A stretch of 64,000 nt of DNA from Escherichia coli (GTDB lineage Bacteria > Pseudomonadota > Gammaproteobacteria > Enterobacterales > Enterobacteriaceae). Where the stretch lies: the NCBI RefSeq assembly GCF_013315695.1, contig NZ_CP054353.1; one strand, given 5' to 3'. Both the position numbers and the translations under genes were made by a program. The notes under the pieces are model-generated. The model did no database searches. It saw nothing but the letters and a program-made list of their open reading frames with translations, and was not told where the DNA came from. This document shows positions 48,110 to 57,946 of the stretch, piece by piece (the stretch's first letter is position 1; every line of letters begins with the position of its first letter).

Positions 48110-48853
48110 ATGACAAAAATTGCCCTGGTGACGGGGGGAAGTAAAGGCATCGGCTACGCAGCAGCAAAGGCACTCTATGACATTGGATATACAGTTATTG
48201 TTGCCGCGCGTAACGAAGAAACCTTACAGCAATGTGCACAAGGATTAGCCAAGGAACGCTTTATTCCTCTGGTTGCCGATGTCACGGATGAGTCCGCTGT
48301 CGTTGCGCTATTTGCCGAGATTAAGGCTCTTTTTGGTCGACTGGATCTCTTGTTCAATAATGCGGGCAATAATAGTCCGGCAAAAAGTATTGAAGAGGTT
48401 GAGTTTACTGAGTGGACGCGCGTGTTTAACGCCAATATTCATTCGACATTTTTGTGTTCGAAAGAGGCGATTAAAATCATGAAAGCGCAGCAGCCAATGG
48501 GAGGACGTATTATTAACAATGCGTCGATTTCTGCACTGACGCCGCGCCTCTATACTGCGCCATACACGGCGTCGAAACATGCTGTTACCGGGTTGACCAA
48601 GGCCATTTCCCTGGATTGTCGCAAATTTAATATCGCTTGCGGGCAAATTAATATCGGCAATGCGGAAACGACATTATCGAATCGGATGCGTAAGGGCGTT
48701 TATCAGGCAGATGGTGCTATTAAAGCGGAAGATATGATGAATGTTGCTGATGTTGCAGCGACCATTCAGATGATGGCTCAGTTGCCAGTAACCACGAATG
48801 TGCTGGAAATAACGATTATGGCAAATAATATGCCGTATGTCGGACGTGGTTAA
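48110..48853 (+). CDS. Short-chain dehydrogenase/reductase
   Basis: N-terminal TGGSKGIGYA Rossmann motif; YTASK catalytic motif. Confidence 0.8.
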   Translation: MTKIALVTGGSKGIGYAAAKALYDIGYTVIVAARNEETLQQCAQGLAKERFIPLVADVTDESAVVALFAEIKALFGRLDLLFNNAGNNSPAKSIEEVEFTEWTRVFNANIHSTFLCSKEAIKIMKAQQPMGGRIINNASISALTPRLYTAPYTASKHAVTGLTKAISLDCRKFNIACGQINIGNAETTLSNRMRKGVYQADGAIKAEDMMNVADVAATIQMMAQLPVTTNVLEITIMANNMPYVGRG

Positions 48854-48865
48854 TCGAGATTGAAT

Positions 48866-48897
48866 AAAGCACCTTGCGTGTAAGGTGCTTTATTATT
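48866..48897. terminator. Bidirectional hairpin terminator
   Basis: AAAGCACCTT-GCGTGTA-AGGTGCTTT flanked by A/T runs. Confidence 0.6.
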
Positions 48898-48903
48898 TAT
48901 GAC

Positions 48904-49120
48904 TTATGCCTCAACGCATGTTTGTTCCAGCCGTTGAAGAATATCTTTACGTAACAAAAATTTTTGTATTTTACCGGAGGCAGTGCGCGGTAGTTTTTCG
49001 ATTACCACGATATGTTCAGGATATTTATATTTCGCGACCCGTTTACGGCTAAAAAATGCCACTACATCTTCCAGCGATAATGAATGATGCGGTGCTTTCA
49101 GCACGACATAAGCGCATGAA
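48904..49120 (-). pseudogene. fadK: fadK 3' fragment, separated from the 5' part by IS1
   Basis: Encodes ...YVVLKAPHHSLSLEDVVAFFSRKRVAKYKYPEHIVVIEKLPRTASGKIQKF..., the acyl-CoA synthetase C-terminus. Confidence 0.85.
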
Positions 49121-49175
49121 GGTGATGCTGCCAACTTACTGATTTAGCGTATGATGGTGTTTTTGAGGTGCTCCA

Positions 49176-49451
49176 GTGGCTTCTGTTTCTATCAGCTGTC
49201 CCTCCTGTTCAGCTACTGACGGAGTGGTGCGTAACGGCAAAAGCACCGCCGGACATCAGCGCTATCTCTGCTCTCACTGCCGTAAAACATGGCAACTGCA
49301 GTTCACTTACACCGCTTCTCAACCCGGTACGCACCAGAAAATCATTGATATGGCCATGAATGGCGTTGGATGCCGGGCAACAGCCCGCATTATGGGCGTT
49401 GGCCTCAACACGATTTTACGTCACTTAAAAAACTCAGGCCGCAGTCGGTAA
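49176..49451 (+). CDS. insA: IS1 InsA
   Basis: [43 protein letters not shown]... Confidence 0.95.
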
Positions 49452-49873
49452 CCTCGCGCATACAGCCGGGCAGTGACGTCATCGTCTGCGCGGAAATGGA
49501 CGAACAGTGGGGCTATGTCGGGGCTAAATCGCGCCAGCGCTGGCTGTTTTACGCGTATGACAGGCTCCGGAAGACGGTTGTTGCGCACGTATTCGGTGAA
49601 CGCACTATGGCGACGCTGGGGCGTCTTATGAGCCTGCTGTCACCCTTTGACGTGGTGATATGGATGACGGATGGCTGGCCGCTGTATGAATCCCGCCTGA
49701 AGGGAAAGCTGCACGTAATCAGCAAGCGATATACGCAGCGAATTGAGCGGCATAACCTGAATCTGAGGCAGCACCTGGCACGGCTGGGACGGAAGTCGCT
49801 GTCGTTCTCAAAATCGGTGGAGCTGCATGACAAAGTCATCGGGCATTATCTGAACATAAAACACTATCAATAA
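49370..49873 (+). CDS. insB: IS1 InsB (normally expressed as InsAB' by frameshift)
   Basis: 167-aa ORF overlapping insA in another frame. Confidence 0.9.
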
Positions 49874-49888
49874 GTTGGAGTCATTACC

Positions 49889-51375
49889 GCGCATGAACGT
49901 TCACCTAAACGTTCATCGGGCATCGCAACCACACAGGCATCGTGAATTTTAGGATGCTGCAATAAAATATCTTCTACTTCACGGCTGCTAATATTTTCGC
50001 CGCCGCGGACAATAATATCTTTCTTGCGCCCGGTTATTTTTATATAGCCAGCCTCATCCATGCGGCAGAGATCGCCGCTGTAATACCAGCCTTCTTCATC
50101 CAGCGCACGGGCGGTTAATTCAGGTTCATCAAAATACCCCATAAACACATTGGGGCCACGCGAGGCTTCTTCACCTTCGCAACCTGGCGGTAAGGTCTTG
50201 CGTGCGTCATCGACCACTTTAATCTCTACACCTGCGGCAGCGTAACCATCGGTGTGCATAAAGCGCGACAAAGGATCATCGAGATTCACCACCGCATGCG
50301 GCGAACTTTCTGTGGAACCATAAACACTTAATAATTTAATGCCGCGCTGCTGGCATTCACGCGCCACTTTTTTGGGGATTGTGGTACCGCCGCAAAGAAA
50401 GAAACGCAGCGCTGAAAGGTCTGCGGGCTGTTTCTCTAGTAAATTCAAAAGATCATAGACAAACGGCGTTGCGCCGAGCATACAGGTGCAACGCTGCTGC
50501 TCAAGCAGCGCGAGACACGCAGCAGGAGTGAAAATATCTAACAACACGCTGCGAGCACCAATTAAAAATGGTGCTGTTACGCCATGCAGAAAGCCCGTTG
50601 CGTGACCAAGTGGCGCAGGCATCATAAAGACATCCTGCCAGGTCAGATTCAGCCGCGCGCAATAAGCCCGCTCACTGGCGAGAATATTGTTATGCGTTAG
50701 CATCACGCCCTTTGGCAGACCCTCGGTTCCGGAGGTAAACAGCACCGCGGCTAATTCATCGCCGTGGACCGTTATCGCCGTGGTCAGAGGAGTATTGTCG
50801 GCGATAATCTGACTTAATGAGAGGGAAGAGGTGGCGGGAGCCAGTTTGTCCACGCCGACAATTTGTTGTAGTTGTGGAAGCTGATTTTGCAGTGGCAGGA
50901 TTAAATCTACCGGACGCGTTTGTTTAAACAACGTCGGTGCAAAGAACATTTTTGCCTGACACTTATTGAGCACCCACACCAGTTCTGCTTCCCGCCAGGA
51001 AGGTAACAGCGGCACGGAAACCGCACCGGTTTTCAGGCAGGCAAGATAGATAACGGTAAATTCACACCAGCCTGGCAGTTGAAATGCGATGCGATCGCCT
51101 GATTCAATACCCTTCGCTAACATCCAGTTTGCCAGACAGCTCGCGGCGTGATCGAGCGCGCTATAGGTGTACGTTGCACCATGATTGTCGACCACGGCAA
51201 TTTTGTCTGGCATCGCACGAGCGGTCTGCTGCCAGTAATCGGCCAGTGAAGCATCGCCCCATAACCCTTGCTGACGATACGCCGCACGACGTTGTTCGTT
51301 AAACGTTAATGTCACTTTCATTTTGGACTCTCGAAACAGAACATCAGGCCCGAGATGCGGGCCTGTGGGATGCAT
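49889..51375 (-). pseudogene. fadK: fadK 5' part (short-chain acyl-CoA synthetase), interrupted at its 3' end by IS1
   Basis: AMP-binding motifs TSGTEGLPKG, YGSTE; reading frame runs into IS1. Confidence 0.85.
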
Positions 51376-51377
51376 GA

Positions 51378-51671
51378 TTAGCCGTAGCGAAAATCAATAC
51401 CGAAGGTGCCTGCGGGATATTGCCACTGTTCGAGAATAGTGTTACCGCACAGCACCCGACAGGTGCCGCACTCCAGACAACCGGCGGAATCGAAATGAAT
51501 GTTTCCTGCGTCATCCTGCTTATAAAGTCCGGCAGGGCAGGCTTTCATTAATTTACGGAATTCATTGATATCGGGATTTGCCGCCAAAATGATATGCGGG
51601 TGGCCCTCATCAACATGGAATTTATTGACGCCTAATTTGATGTCGACGTTAACCGTAGCGTTCTGGCTCAT
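51378..51671 (-). CDS. ydiT: Ferredoxin-like protein (FixX-like)
   Basis: 97-aa ORF with Cys cluster CLECGTCRVLC, K-12 gene order. Confidence 0.85.
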   Translation of the reverse strand: MSQNATVNVDIKLGVNKFHVDEGHPHIILAANPDINEFRKLMKACPAGLYKQDDAGNIHFDSAGCLECGTCRVLCGNTILEQWQYPAGTFGIDFRYG

Positions 51672-52957
51672 AGCGCGGTTGCTCCCTTAATGCCATCTTT
51701 CAGCAAGTTGATCAGCCCAATTTTCTTCGCGTGTCCCATGATCATTTTGCGTACCGGCTGGTTTGGTTTGCCGTCAATGGTGAACATCTCGTTCATGATG
51801 TCGGCTACCATTCGTGGGTATTGGCTAAACAGGCGCGGGTTTTCCATCAGCGCCGGGATCTTGCGGAAATGCTGCATATCGCGCATAACACAACTTTGTT
51901 CCAGCTCACGTTTGTATTGCGCAAGACTGCTGGCGGAGAAATCCGCGCGTTCTTTGGCGGCAATCACTGTTGTGGCGGCAGCCTGAGCTGATGCAATGGC
52001 TAAATCCATGCCGCGAACTGTAAAACCCAAATTCAGGCAGAAGCCTGCGGCGTCACCAACGATAATCACGCCATCGTTAACCAGCTGCGGCACCATCGCC
52101 AGACCGCCTTCCGGTACCATATGCGCGGAGTATTCAAGCAGTTTGCCGCCGCTAATCAGCGGGCGAATGGCGGGGTGTTGTTTAAAATCTTCCAGCATTT
52201 GCGGCACACTTTTTTGCGCATGGGCGATATCACCCAATCCACAAACCAGCCCCAACGATACGGAATCCTTGTTGGTATAGAGAAATCCGCCACCCATCAG
52301 GCCGTCCGAAGGGGAACCGGCAAACAGCCAGGCGGCACCTTCCTCGCCCGTAATATTAAAGCGATCGTTGATCTGTTCTGGTGTGAGGCCAATAACCTCT
52401 TTAACACCAACAGCGTAATGATGCGGATCGGAAGCGGGAACCATTCCCAGCGAGCGGCCAAGCATCGAGTTAACGCCATCAGCCAGAATCACCACATTCG
52501 CTTCAAGAACATCATCCCCGGCCTGAACGCCAGTGACCTTGTTTCCTTCACGAACCAGCGCATCGACACGAACGCCCGGGATAAACTGCGCGCCAGCCTG
52601 TTCGGCTTGTTCCATCAACCACGGGTCCAGACGATTACGCAATACGGTATAAGACGCGTGTTGCGGAACATCTGATTGCTCGCGGTGAAAATCGAGGGTA
52701 ACGGCACTCTCTTTGGTTAAGAAGGAGATTTTCTCGCGTGTGACCTTGCGTTCTACTGGCGCTGATGCTGCAAAGCCTGGAATGATTGCTTCAAGTGTGT
52801 GGGCATAAAGACGCCCGCCGGTCATGTTTTTACATCCGGCACTGTCGCCGCGTTCTATCACCAGGACATCCAGCCCGGCTCGCGCCATGACCAGTGCGGC
52901 AACGCTACCGGCAACGCCCGCACCGACCACAATGGCATCAAATTTGTCATCCGACAT
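51668..52957 (-). CDS. ydiS: FixC-like flavoprotein dehydrogenase
   Basis: N-terminal FAD motif FDAIVVGAGVAGS. Confidence 0.85.
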   Translation of the reverse strand: MSDDKFDAIVVGAGVAGSVAALVMARAGLDVLVIERGDSAGCKNMTGGRLYAHTLEAIIPGFAASAPVERKVTREKISFLTKESAVTLDFHREQSDVPQHASYTVLRNRLDPWLMEQAEQAGAQFIPGVRVDALVREGNKVTGVQAGDDVLEANVVILADGVNSMLGRSLGMVPASDPHHYAVGVKEVIGLTPEQINDRFNITGEEGAAWLFAGSPSDGLMGGGFLYTNKDSVSLGLVCGLGDIAHAQKSVPQMLEDFKQHPAIRPLISGGKLLEYSAHMVPEGGLAMVPQLVNDGVIIVGDAAGFCLNLGFTVRGMDLAIASAQAAATTVIAAKERADFSASSLAQYKRELEQSCVMRDMQHFRKIPALMENPRLFSQYPRMVADIMNEMFTIDGKPNQPVRKMIMGHAKKIGLINLLKDGIKGATAL

Positions 52958-53012
52958 GCGTTATGCTCCCTTCCCGCTGCGTTTACAGCGGGAGATGTGG
53001 TTGAAAGGGGAA

Positions 53013-53951
53013 TTAGCGGCTCAACTGGCTAATCAGGGCAGGGACGACTTTGTAGATATCGCCCACCAGACCGTAGTCGGCATAGTTGAAGATTGGCGCA
53101 TTTTTATCTTTATTGATGGCGACAATCACTTTTGCGCCGTTGCCGCCAACCATATGTTGGATCTGCCCGGAGATCCCCAGCGTCAGGTAGAGATCGGATT
53201 TCAGCAACACGCCGGAGACACCGATATAACGTTCACGCTCCATCCAGTTCTCGCCTTCGGCAATTGGACGTGAACAGCCGACTTCAGCATTCAGCACTGC
53301 CGCCAGTTCGTGGACCATTTTCAGGTCATCCTGCGCCGCCAGACCACGACCGACGCCAACCACACGTTTTGCTTTGCTCAGGTCCACGCTGCTTGCCGCT
53401 TTCGCACGGCGTTCGCGACAGAGAATTTCATGACGCGGGGCAACATAAGGTACCGTTTCTGTCGGGCACTGATGAGAGATATCACTGGTGCACGGTTCCT
53501 GAACACCGGGTGCAAGGGTAATGATTGCCAGCGGGCTGTTGATCTTTTCCTGAGCGAACGCTAACCCGCCATACATCCGGTGTTCGGCGCAAATGTGACC
53601 ATCGACAATATCCACCGCAGTGGCATCGTTCACCAGCGCCGCATTCAGTTGCACACTTAACCGTGCTGCCAGAGCTTTACCACGTTTCGTCGCGGCCAGC
53701 AGCAACATAGAAGGGTGTTTATCTTTCAGCAGGGCAGCAATGCTTTCGGCGTAATTTTCAGTACGTTGCAGCGCGTCGTTTTGCTCAAGAACATAAATGC
53801 ATTTTGGCCCATAAGGCATAACTGTCTGCGCCTGGTCGGTATTTTGTACAATGGCATACACCTGTTGGCCCCATTGCTGAGCGCCGCCAAACAGTTCAGC
53901 ATAACGTTCAGGATTATCGCTAAAGACCCAGACGCTGTTTAATTGACTCAT
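53013..53951 (-). CDS. ydiR: Electron transfer flavoprotein alpha subunit-like
   Basis: 312-aa ORF, K-12 gene order. Confidence 0.85.
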   Translation of the reverse strand: MSQLNSVWVFSDNPERYAELFGGAQQWGQQVYAIVQNTDQAQTVMPYGPKCIYVLEQNDALQRTENYAESIAALLKDKHPSMLLLAATKRGKALAARLSVQLNAALVNDATAVDIVDGHICAEHRMYGGLAFAQEKINSPLAIITLAPGVQEPCTSDISHQCPTETVPYVAPRHEILCRERRAKAASSVDLSKAKRVVGVGRGLAAQDDLKMVHELAAVLNAEVGCSRPIAEGENWMERERYIGVSGVLLKSDLYLTLGISGQIQHMVGGNGAKVIVAINKDKNAPIFNYADYGLVGDIYKVVPALISQLSR

Positions 53952-53970
53952 CGTTTCTTCTCCGTAGGCT

Positions 53971-54735
53971 TCAGTTCAGGGCTTTCTTCAGATGTTCCAC
54001 CAGCTCGGCAATGGCCTCCGGCGAATCGTTATCGAGAATGATGTGCTTACGTTCTGTTTGCGGCGGTACGCGAATGCCGGTCAGTTCAGCAAGTGGCGCG
54101 CTCTGGCTCCAGCCAATGTCACTTGCCTGCCACTGATTTACCGGTTTTTTACCCGCGCCGAGAATGGCTTTCATCGAAGGAATGCGTGGCATGTTAATAT
54201 CGGAGGTGACGCAGAGCACGGCTGGAACAGAGAGCTCAATAACTTCAACATCATCTTCAAGCGTGCGTTCAATCACCAGTGTATTGCCCTGACGCTGAAT
54301 AGCACTCACTGCATTAATCACCGGAAGTTGCAGAATTTCTCCGACCAGCAAGCCAACCTGCTGGGCATAAAGGTCGCCGGAACCTTCACCAAAGATCAGT
54401 AAATCGAAGCCGATCTTTTCAACTGCTGCCGCCAGCGCCTTTGCGGTATCGAGAGGCAGTGCATGTTCAAGTTGCGCATCCTGCACCAAATACAGGCTAT
54501 GCGGCCCGCGGGATAGCACGTCTTTACGCACTTTCGAGTTCTGCAACAATGAGCCGCCAATGGTCAGCGCGGCTATCTCATCGTCATCTGTTGCAATCTG
54601 GCTTGCAGCTTCAATGGCATTGAGATCGAACTGGCTGATTTTGGCGTCGGCATTGTCGAAATTCAGGGTATATTCTGGAGTGACAACAATGTCCTGTTCT
54701 TCAGGCACCAGCTTAAAGCAGGTTATTATTTTCAT
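53971..54735 (-). CDS. ydiQ: Electron transfer flavoprotein beta subunit-like
   Basis: Start placed at MKIITCFKLVPEEQD. Confidence 0.85.
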   Translation of the reverse strand: MKIITCFKLVPEEQDIVVTPEYTLNFDNADAKISQFDLNAIEAASQIATDDDEIAALTIGGSLLQNSKVRKDVLSRGPHSLYLVQDAQLEHALPLDTAKALAAAVEKIGFDLLIFGEGSGDLYAQQVGLLVGEILQLPVINAVSAIQRQGNTLVIERTLEDDVEVIELSVPAVLCVTSDINMPRIPSMKAILGAGKKPVNQWQASDIGWSQSAPLAELTGIRVPPQTERKHIILDNDSPEAIAELVEHLKKALN

Positions 54736-55050
54736 GATTTCTCCTGTGAGTCGCATACGGAACCATCTCCGATGGAAGGTAAAAATGGCCTGAAAATAGT
54801 GTGCGATAGCGGTGCGGGGTTTTCGACGGAGCAAGCTGTTTTCCTTGCCAACAATCTTGCAAAAAAAATGCGATCGCTAAAACAAAAGTGCAATTTGCGG
54901 CAATATAGTTATTCCATGACCGTACAATCTTGCATTCAGTGTAAATAATCTTGTTTAGCTCTCGCTAAACGCGGTTGTATAACCGCAATACACGCCGTAT
55001 TTTATCCGGCATATATTGTTTTTGCTTGCTCATGGAATAGGGAGGTTGTC

Positions 55051-55748
55051 ATGTATCAACGCTGTTTTGATAACGCCAGTGAAACGCTGTTTGTCGCCGG
55101 TAAAACGCCACGGCTTTCACGTTTCGCATTTAGCGATGATCCAAAATGGGAGTCCGGACATCACGTTCATGACAATGAAACCGAGCTGATTTACGTCAAG
55201 AAAGGGGTAGCAAGGTTTACCATCGATTCTTCGTTATATGTCGCGCATGCCGATGACATTGTGGTGATAGAACGTGGCAGGCTGCATGCGGTGGCCTCTG
55301 ACGTTAACGATCCGGCAACGACGTGTACCTGTGCGCTGTACGGCTTTCAGTTTCAGGGGGCTGAGGAAAATCAGCTACTGCAACCGCATTCTTGCCCGGT
55401 AATTGCCGCAGGGCAGGGAAAAGAAGTCATTAAAACCTTATTTAATGAGCTAAGTGTGATTTTGCCGCAAAGTAAAAATAGCCAAACATCTTCGTTATGG
55501 GACGCATTTGCCTATACGTTAGCAATTCTTTACTATGAAAACTTTAAAAATGCTTATCGTTCGGAGCAGGGATATATTAAAAAAGATGTTCTGATAAAAG
55601 ATATTCTTTTCTATCTGAATAATAACTATCGCGAAAAAATCACTTTAGAGCAGTTATCGAAAAAGTTTCGTGCCAGCGTCAGTTATATTTGCCATGAATT
55701 TACCAAAGAGTATCGCATTTCCCCTATTAACTATGTTATTCAACGGCG
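55051..55748 (+). pseudogene. ydiP: ydiP 5' part (AraC-family regulator), interrupted by IS1
   Basis: Reading frame continues into IS1; the C-terminal HTH part lies beyond the IS. Confidence 0.8.
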
Positions 55749-55803
55749 GGTGATGCTGCCAACTTACTGATTTAGTGTATGATGGTGTTTTTGAGGTGCT
55801 CCA

Positions 55804-56079
55804 GTGGCTTCTGTTTCTATCAGCTGTCCCTCCTGTTCAGCTACTGACGGGGTGGTGCGTAACGGCAAAAGCACCGCCGGACATCAGCGCTATCTCTGCT
55901 CTCACTGCCGTAAAACATGGCAACTGCAGTTCACTTACACCGCTTCTCAACCCGGTACGCACCAGAAAATCATTGATATGGCCATGAATGGCGTTGGATG
56001 CCGGGCAACAGCCCGCATTATGGGCGTTGGCCTCAACACGATTTTACGTCACTTAAAAAACTCAGGCCGCAGTCGGTAA
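55804..56079 (+). CDS. insA: IS1 InsA
   Basis: Identical protein to insA of copy 1. Confidence 0.95.
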
Positions 56080-56501
56080 CCTCGCGCATACAGCCGGGCA
56101 GTGACGTCATCGTCTGCGCGGAAATGGACGAACAGTGGGGCTATGTCGGGGCTAAATCGCGCCAGCGCTGGCTGTTTTACGCGTATGACAGGCTCCGGAA
56201 GACGGTTGTTGCGCACGTATTCGGTGAACGCACTATGGCGACGCTGGGGCGTCTTATGAGCCTGCTGTCACCCTTTGACGTGGTGATATGGATGACGGAT
56301 GGCTGGCCGCTGTATGAATCCCGCCTGAAGGGAAAGCTGCACGTAATCAGCAAGCGATATACGCAGCGAATTGAGCGGCATAACCTGAATCTGAGGCAGC
56401 ACCTGGCACGGCTGGGACGGAAGTCGCTGTCGTTCTCAAAATCGGTGGAGCTGCATGACAAAGTCATCGGGCATTATCTGAACATAAAACACTATCAATA
56501 A
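55998..56501 (+). CDS. insB: IS1 InsB
   Basis: Identical protein to insB of copy 1. Confidence 0.9.
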
Positions 56502-56516
56502 GTTGGAGTCATTACC

Positions 56517-56739
56517 TCAACGGCGTATGACGGAAGCGAAATGGTCACTCACTAATACTGAATTATCACAGACAGAGATCTCCTGGCGTGTGGGTTATGA
56601 AAATGTCGATCACTTTGCCAAACTGTTTTTGCGCCATGTCGGCTGTTCGCCCAGCGATTACCGCAGGCAATTTAAAAACTGTTTTGCGGAACAAGAAATC
56701 TTATCTGAATTTCCTCAACCGGTAAGTCTTGCCGGATAA
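56517..56739 (+). pseudogene. ydiP: ydiP 3' fragment (AraC-type HTH region)
   Basis: Frame continuing after the target duplication encodes ...TELSQTEISWRVGYENVDHFAKLFLRHVGCSPSDYRR. Confidence 0.75.
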
Positions 56740-56781
56740 ATCTGGCGGCGCAGTTTGTTAAGAAGCTGCGCCGCCTGCAGA

Positions 56782-57933
56782 TTATTTGTTCTGATAATCT
56801 TTCAGGATCTGCCGACCTGCTACGTAAATCATAATTTCGTCTGTACCGCCGCCGATACGTTCACAACGGACATCACGCCAGAAGCGGGAGACGCGCGCCT
56901 CATCGGTATAGCCCAGACCGCCCATGATTTGAATCGCATCATCAATAACTTCCATTGCGGTACGTGCGCAGTACAGTTTTGCCAGCGCCGCGCTGGTGCG
57001 CAGTGACTGATGCTGATCGGCTTGCCATGCCACTTTCAACACCATGTTGCGCATGTTGTCGATCTTAATCGCCATCAGCGCCAGTTTTTCCTGGATCATC
57101 TGGTTATGACCAATGGGCTTACCAAAAGCGATACGCTGGTTGGCATAGCGGGCGGCATCTTCGAATGCGCATTCGGCAAAGCCGGTGCTGCGCGCGGCGT
57201 TGATCAGGCGCTCCATCTCAAAGTTGTACATCACATTGAGGAAACCCATTCCTTCTTCGCCCACCATGTCGCTCTCTTCAACTTCCACGTTGTCGAGATA
57301 GACTTCGCAGGTGCTGAGCATATGCCAGCCGATTTTATGCAGTGGATTGATTTTAATGCCGGGCTTACTGGAGTCGACCCACCACAGAGTAAAGGCCTTT
57401 TTCGGATCTTTCGGTTGCGGATCGCGCGCCAACACCAGCATATATGGATACTCTTTCGCACCGGTAATAAAGGTTTTCTGTCCGTTGATGTAAACCTTGC
57501 CGTTTTTACGCGTGTAAGTGGTAGTGGCACTGTTGTTGTCTGAGCCTGCGCCTGGCTCCGTCAATGCCAGGGCATAGGCGGGATCACCCGTTTCCAGTGT
57601 GCTCTCTGCCGTTTTACGTAGCTGCTCTGCAGAACCGAAACGGCGCATACTGTGAATACATTGACCGTTGGTAATCAAAAATGCCGGAGCACCGCATTTT
57701 GACACTTCCATCAGCGCCAGCATTTGGGTGACGTAATCCGCAGGGATACCACCAAATTCTTCCGGCACGCCAAGCATGGAAATACCGTTATCCGCCAGTG
57801 CCCGCATAAACTCACGCGGGTATGTCCCGTTTTGATCGCAGGTGCGGAAATACTCTTCCGGAAAGTTAGTCGTAATCAGTTCGCGAATACTGGCCAGCAG
57901 CAGTTCTTGTTCTTCAGTTAAAGAAAAATCCAT
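56782..57933 (-). CDS. ydiO: Acyl-CoA dehydrogenase
   Basis: Start at MDFSLTEEQELL; 383 aa. Confidence 0.9.
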   Translation of the reverse strand: MDFSLTEEQELLLASIRELITTNFPEEYFRTCDQNGTYPREFMRALADNGISMLGVPEEFGGIPADYVTQMLALMEVSKCGAPAFLITNGQCIHSMRRFGSAEQLRKTAESTLETGDPAYALALTEPGAGSDNNSATTTYTRKNGKVYINGQKTFITGAKEYPYMLVLARDPQPKDPKKAFTLWWVDSSKPGIKINPLHKIGWHMLSTCEVYLDNVEVEESDMVGEEGMGFLNVMYNFEMERLINAARSTGFAECAFEDAARYANQRIAFGKPIGHNQMIQEKLALMAIKIDNMRNMVLKVAWQADQHQSLRTSAALAKLYCARTAMEVIDDAIQIMGGLGYTDEARVSRFWRDVRCERIGGGTDEIMIYVAGRQILKDYQNK

Positions 57934-57946
57934 CATTATACTCCTG

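Larger units (their letters stand above)
49121..49888 (+). mobile_element. IS1 copy 1 (768 bp) inserted in fadK
   Basis: Canonical IS1 ends GGTGATGCTGCCAACTTACTGAT... and ...AAGTTGGAGTCATTACC; 9-bp target duplication GCGCATGAA at 49112..49120 and 49889..49897. Confidence 0.95.
55749..56516 (+). mobile_element. IS1 copy 2 (768 bp) inserted in ydiP, same orientation as copy 1
   Basis: Canonical IS1 ends; 9-bp target duplication TCAACGGCG at 55740..55748 and 56517..56525; at least two base differences from copy 1 near the left end. Confidence 0.95.
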
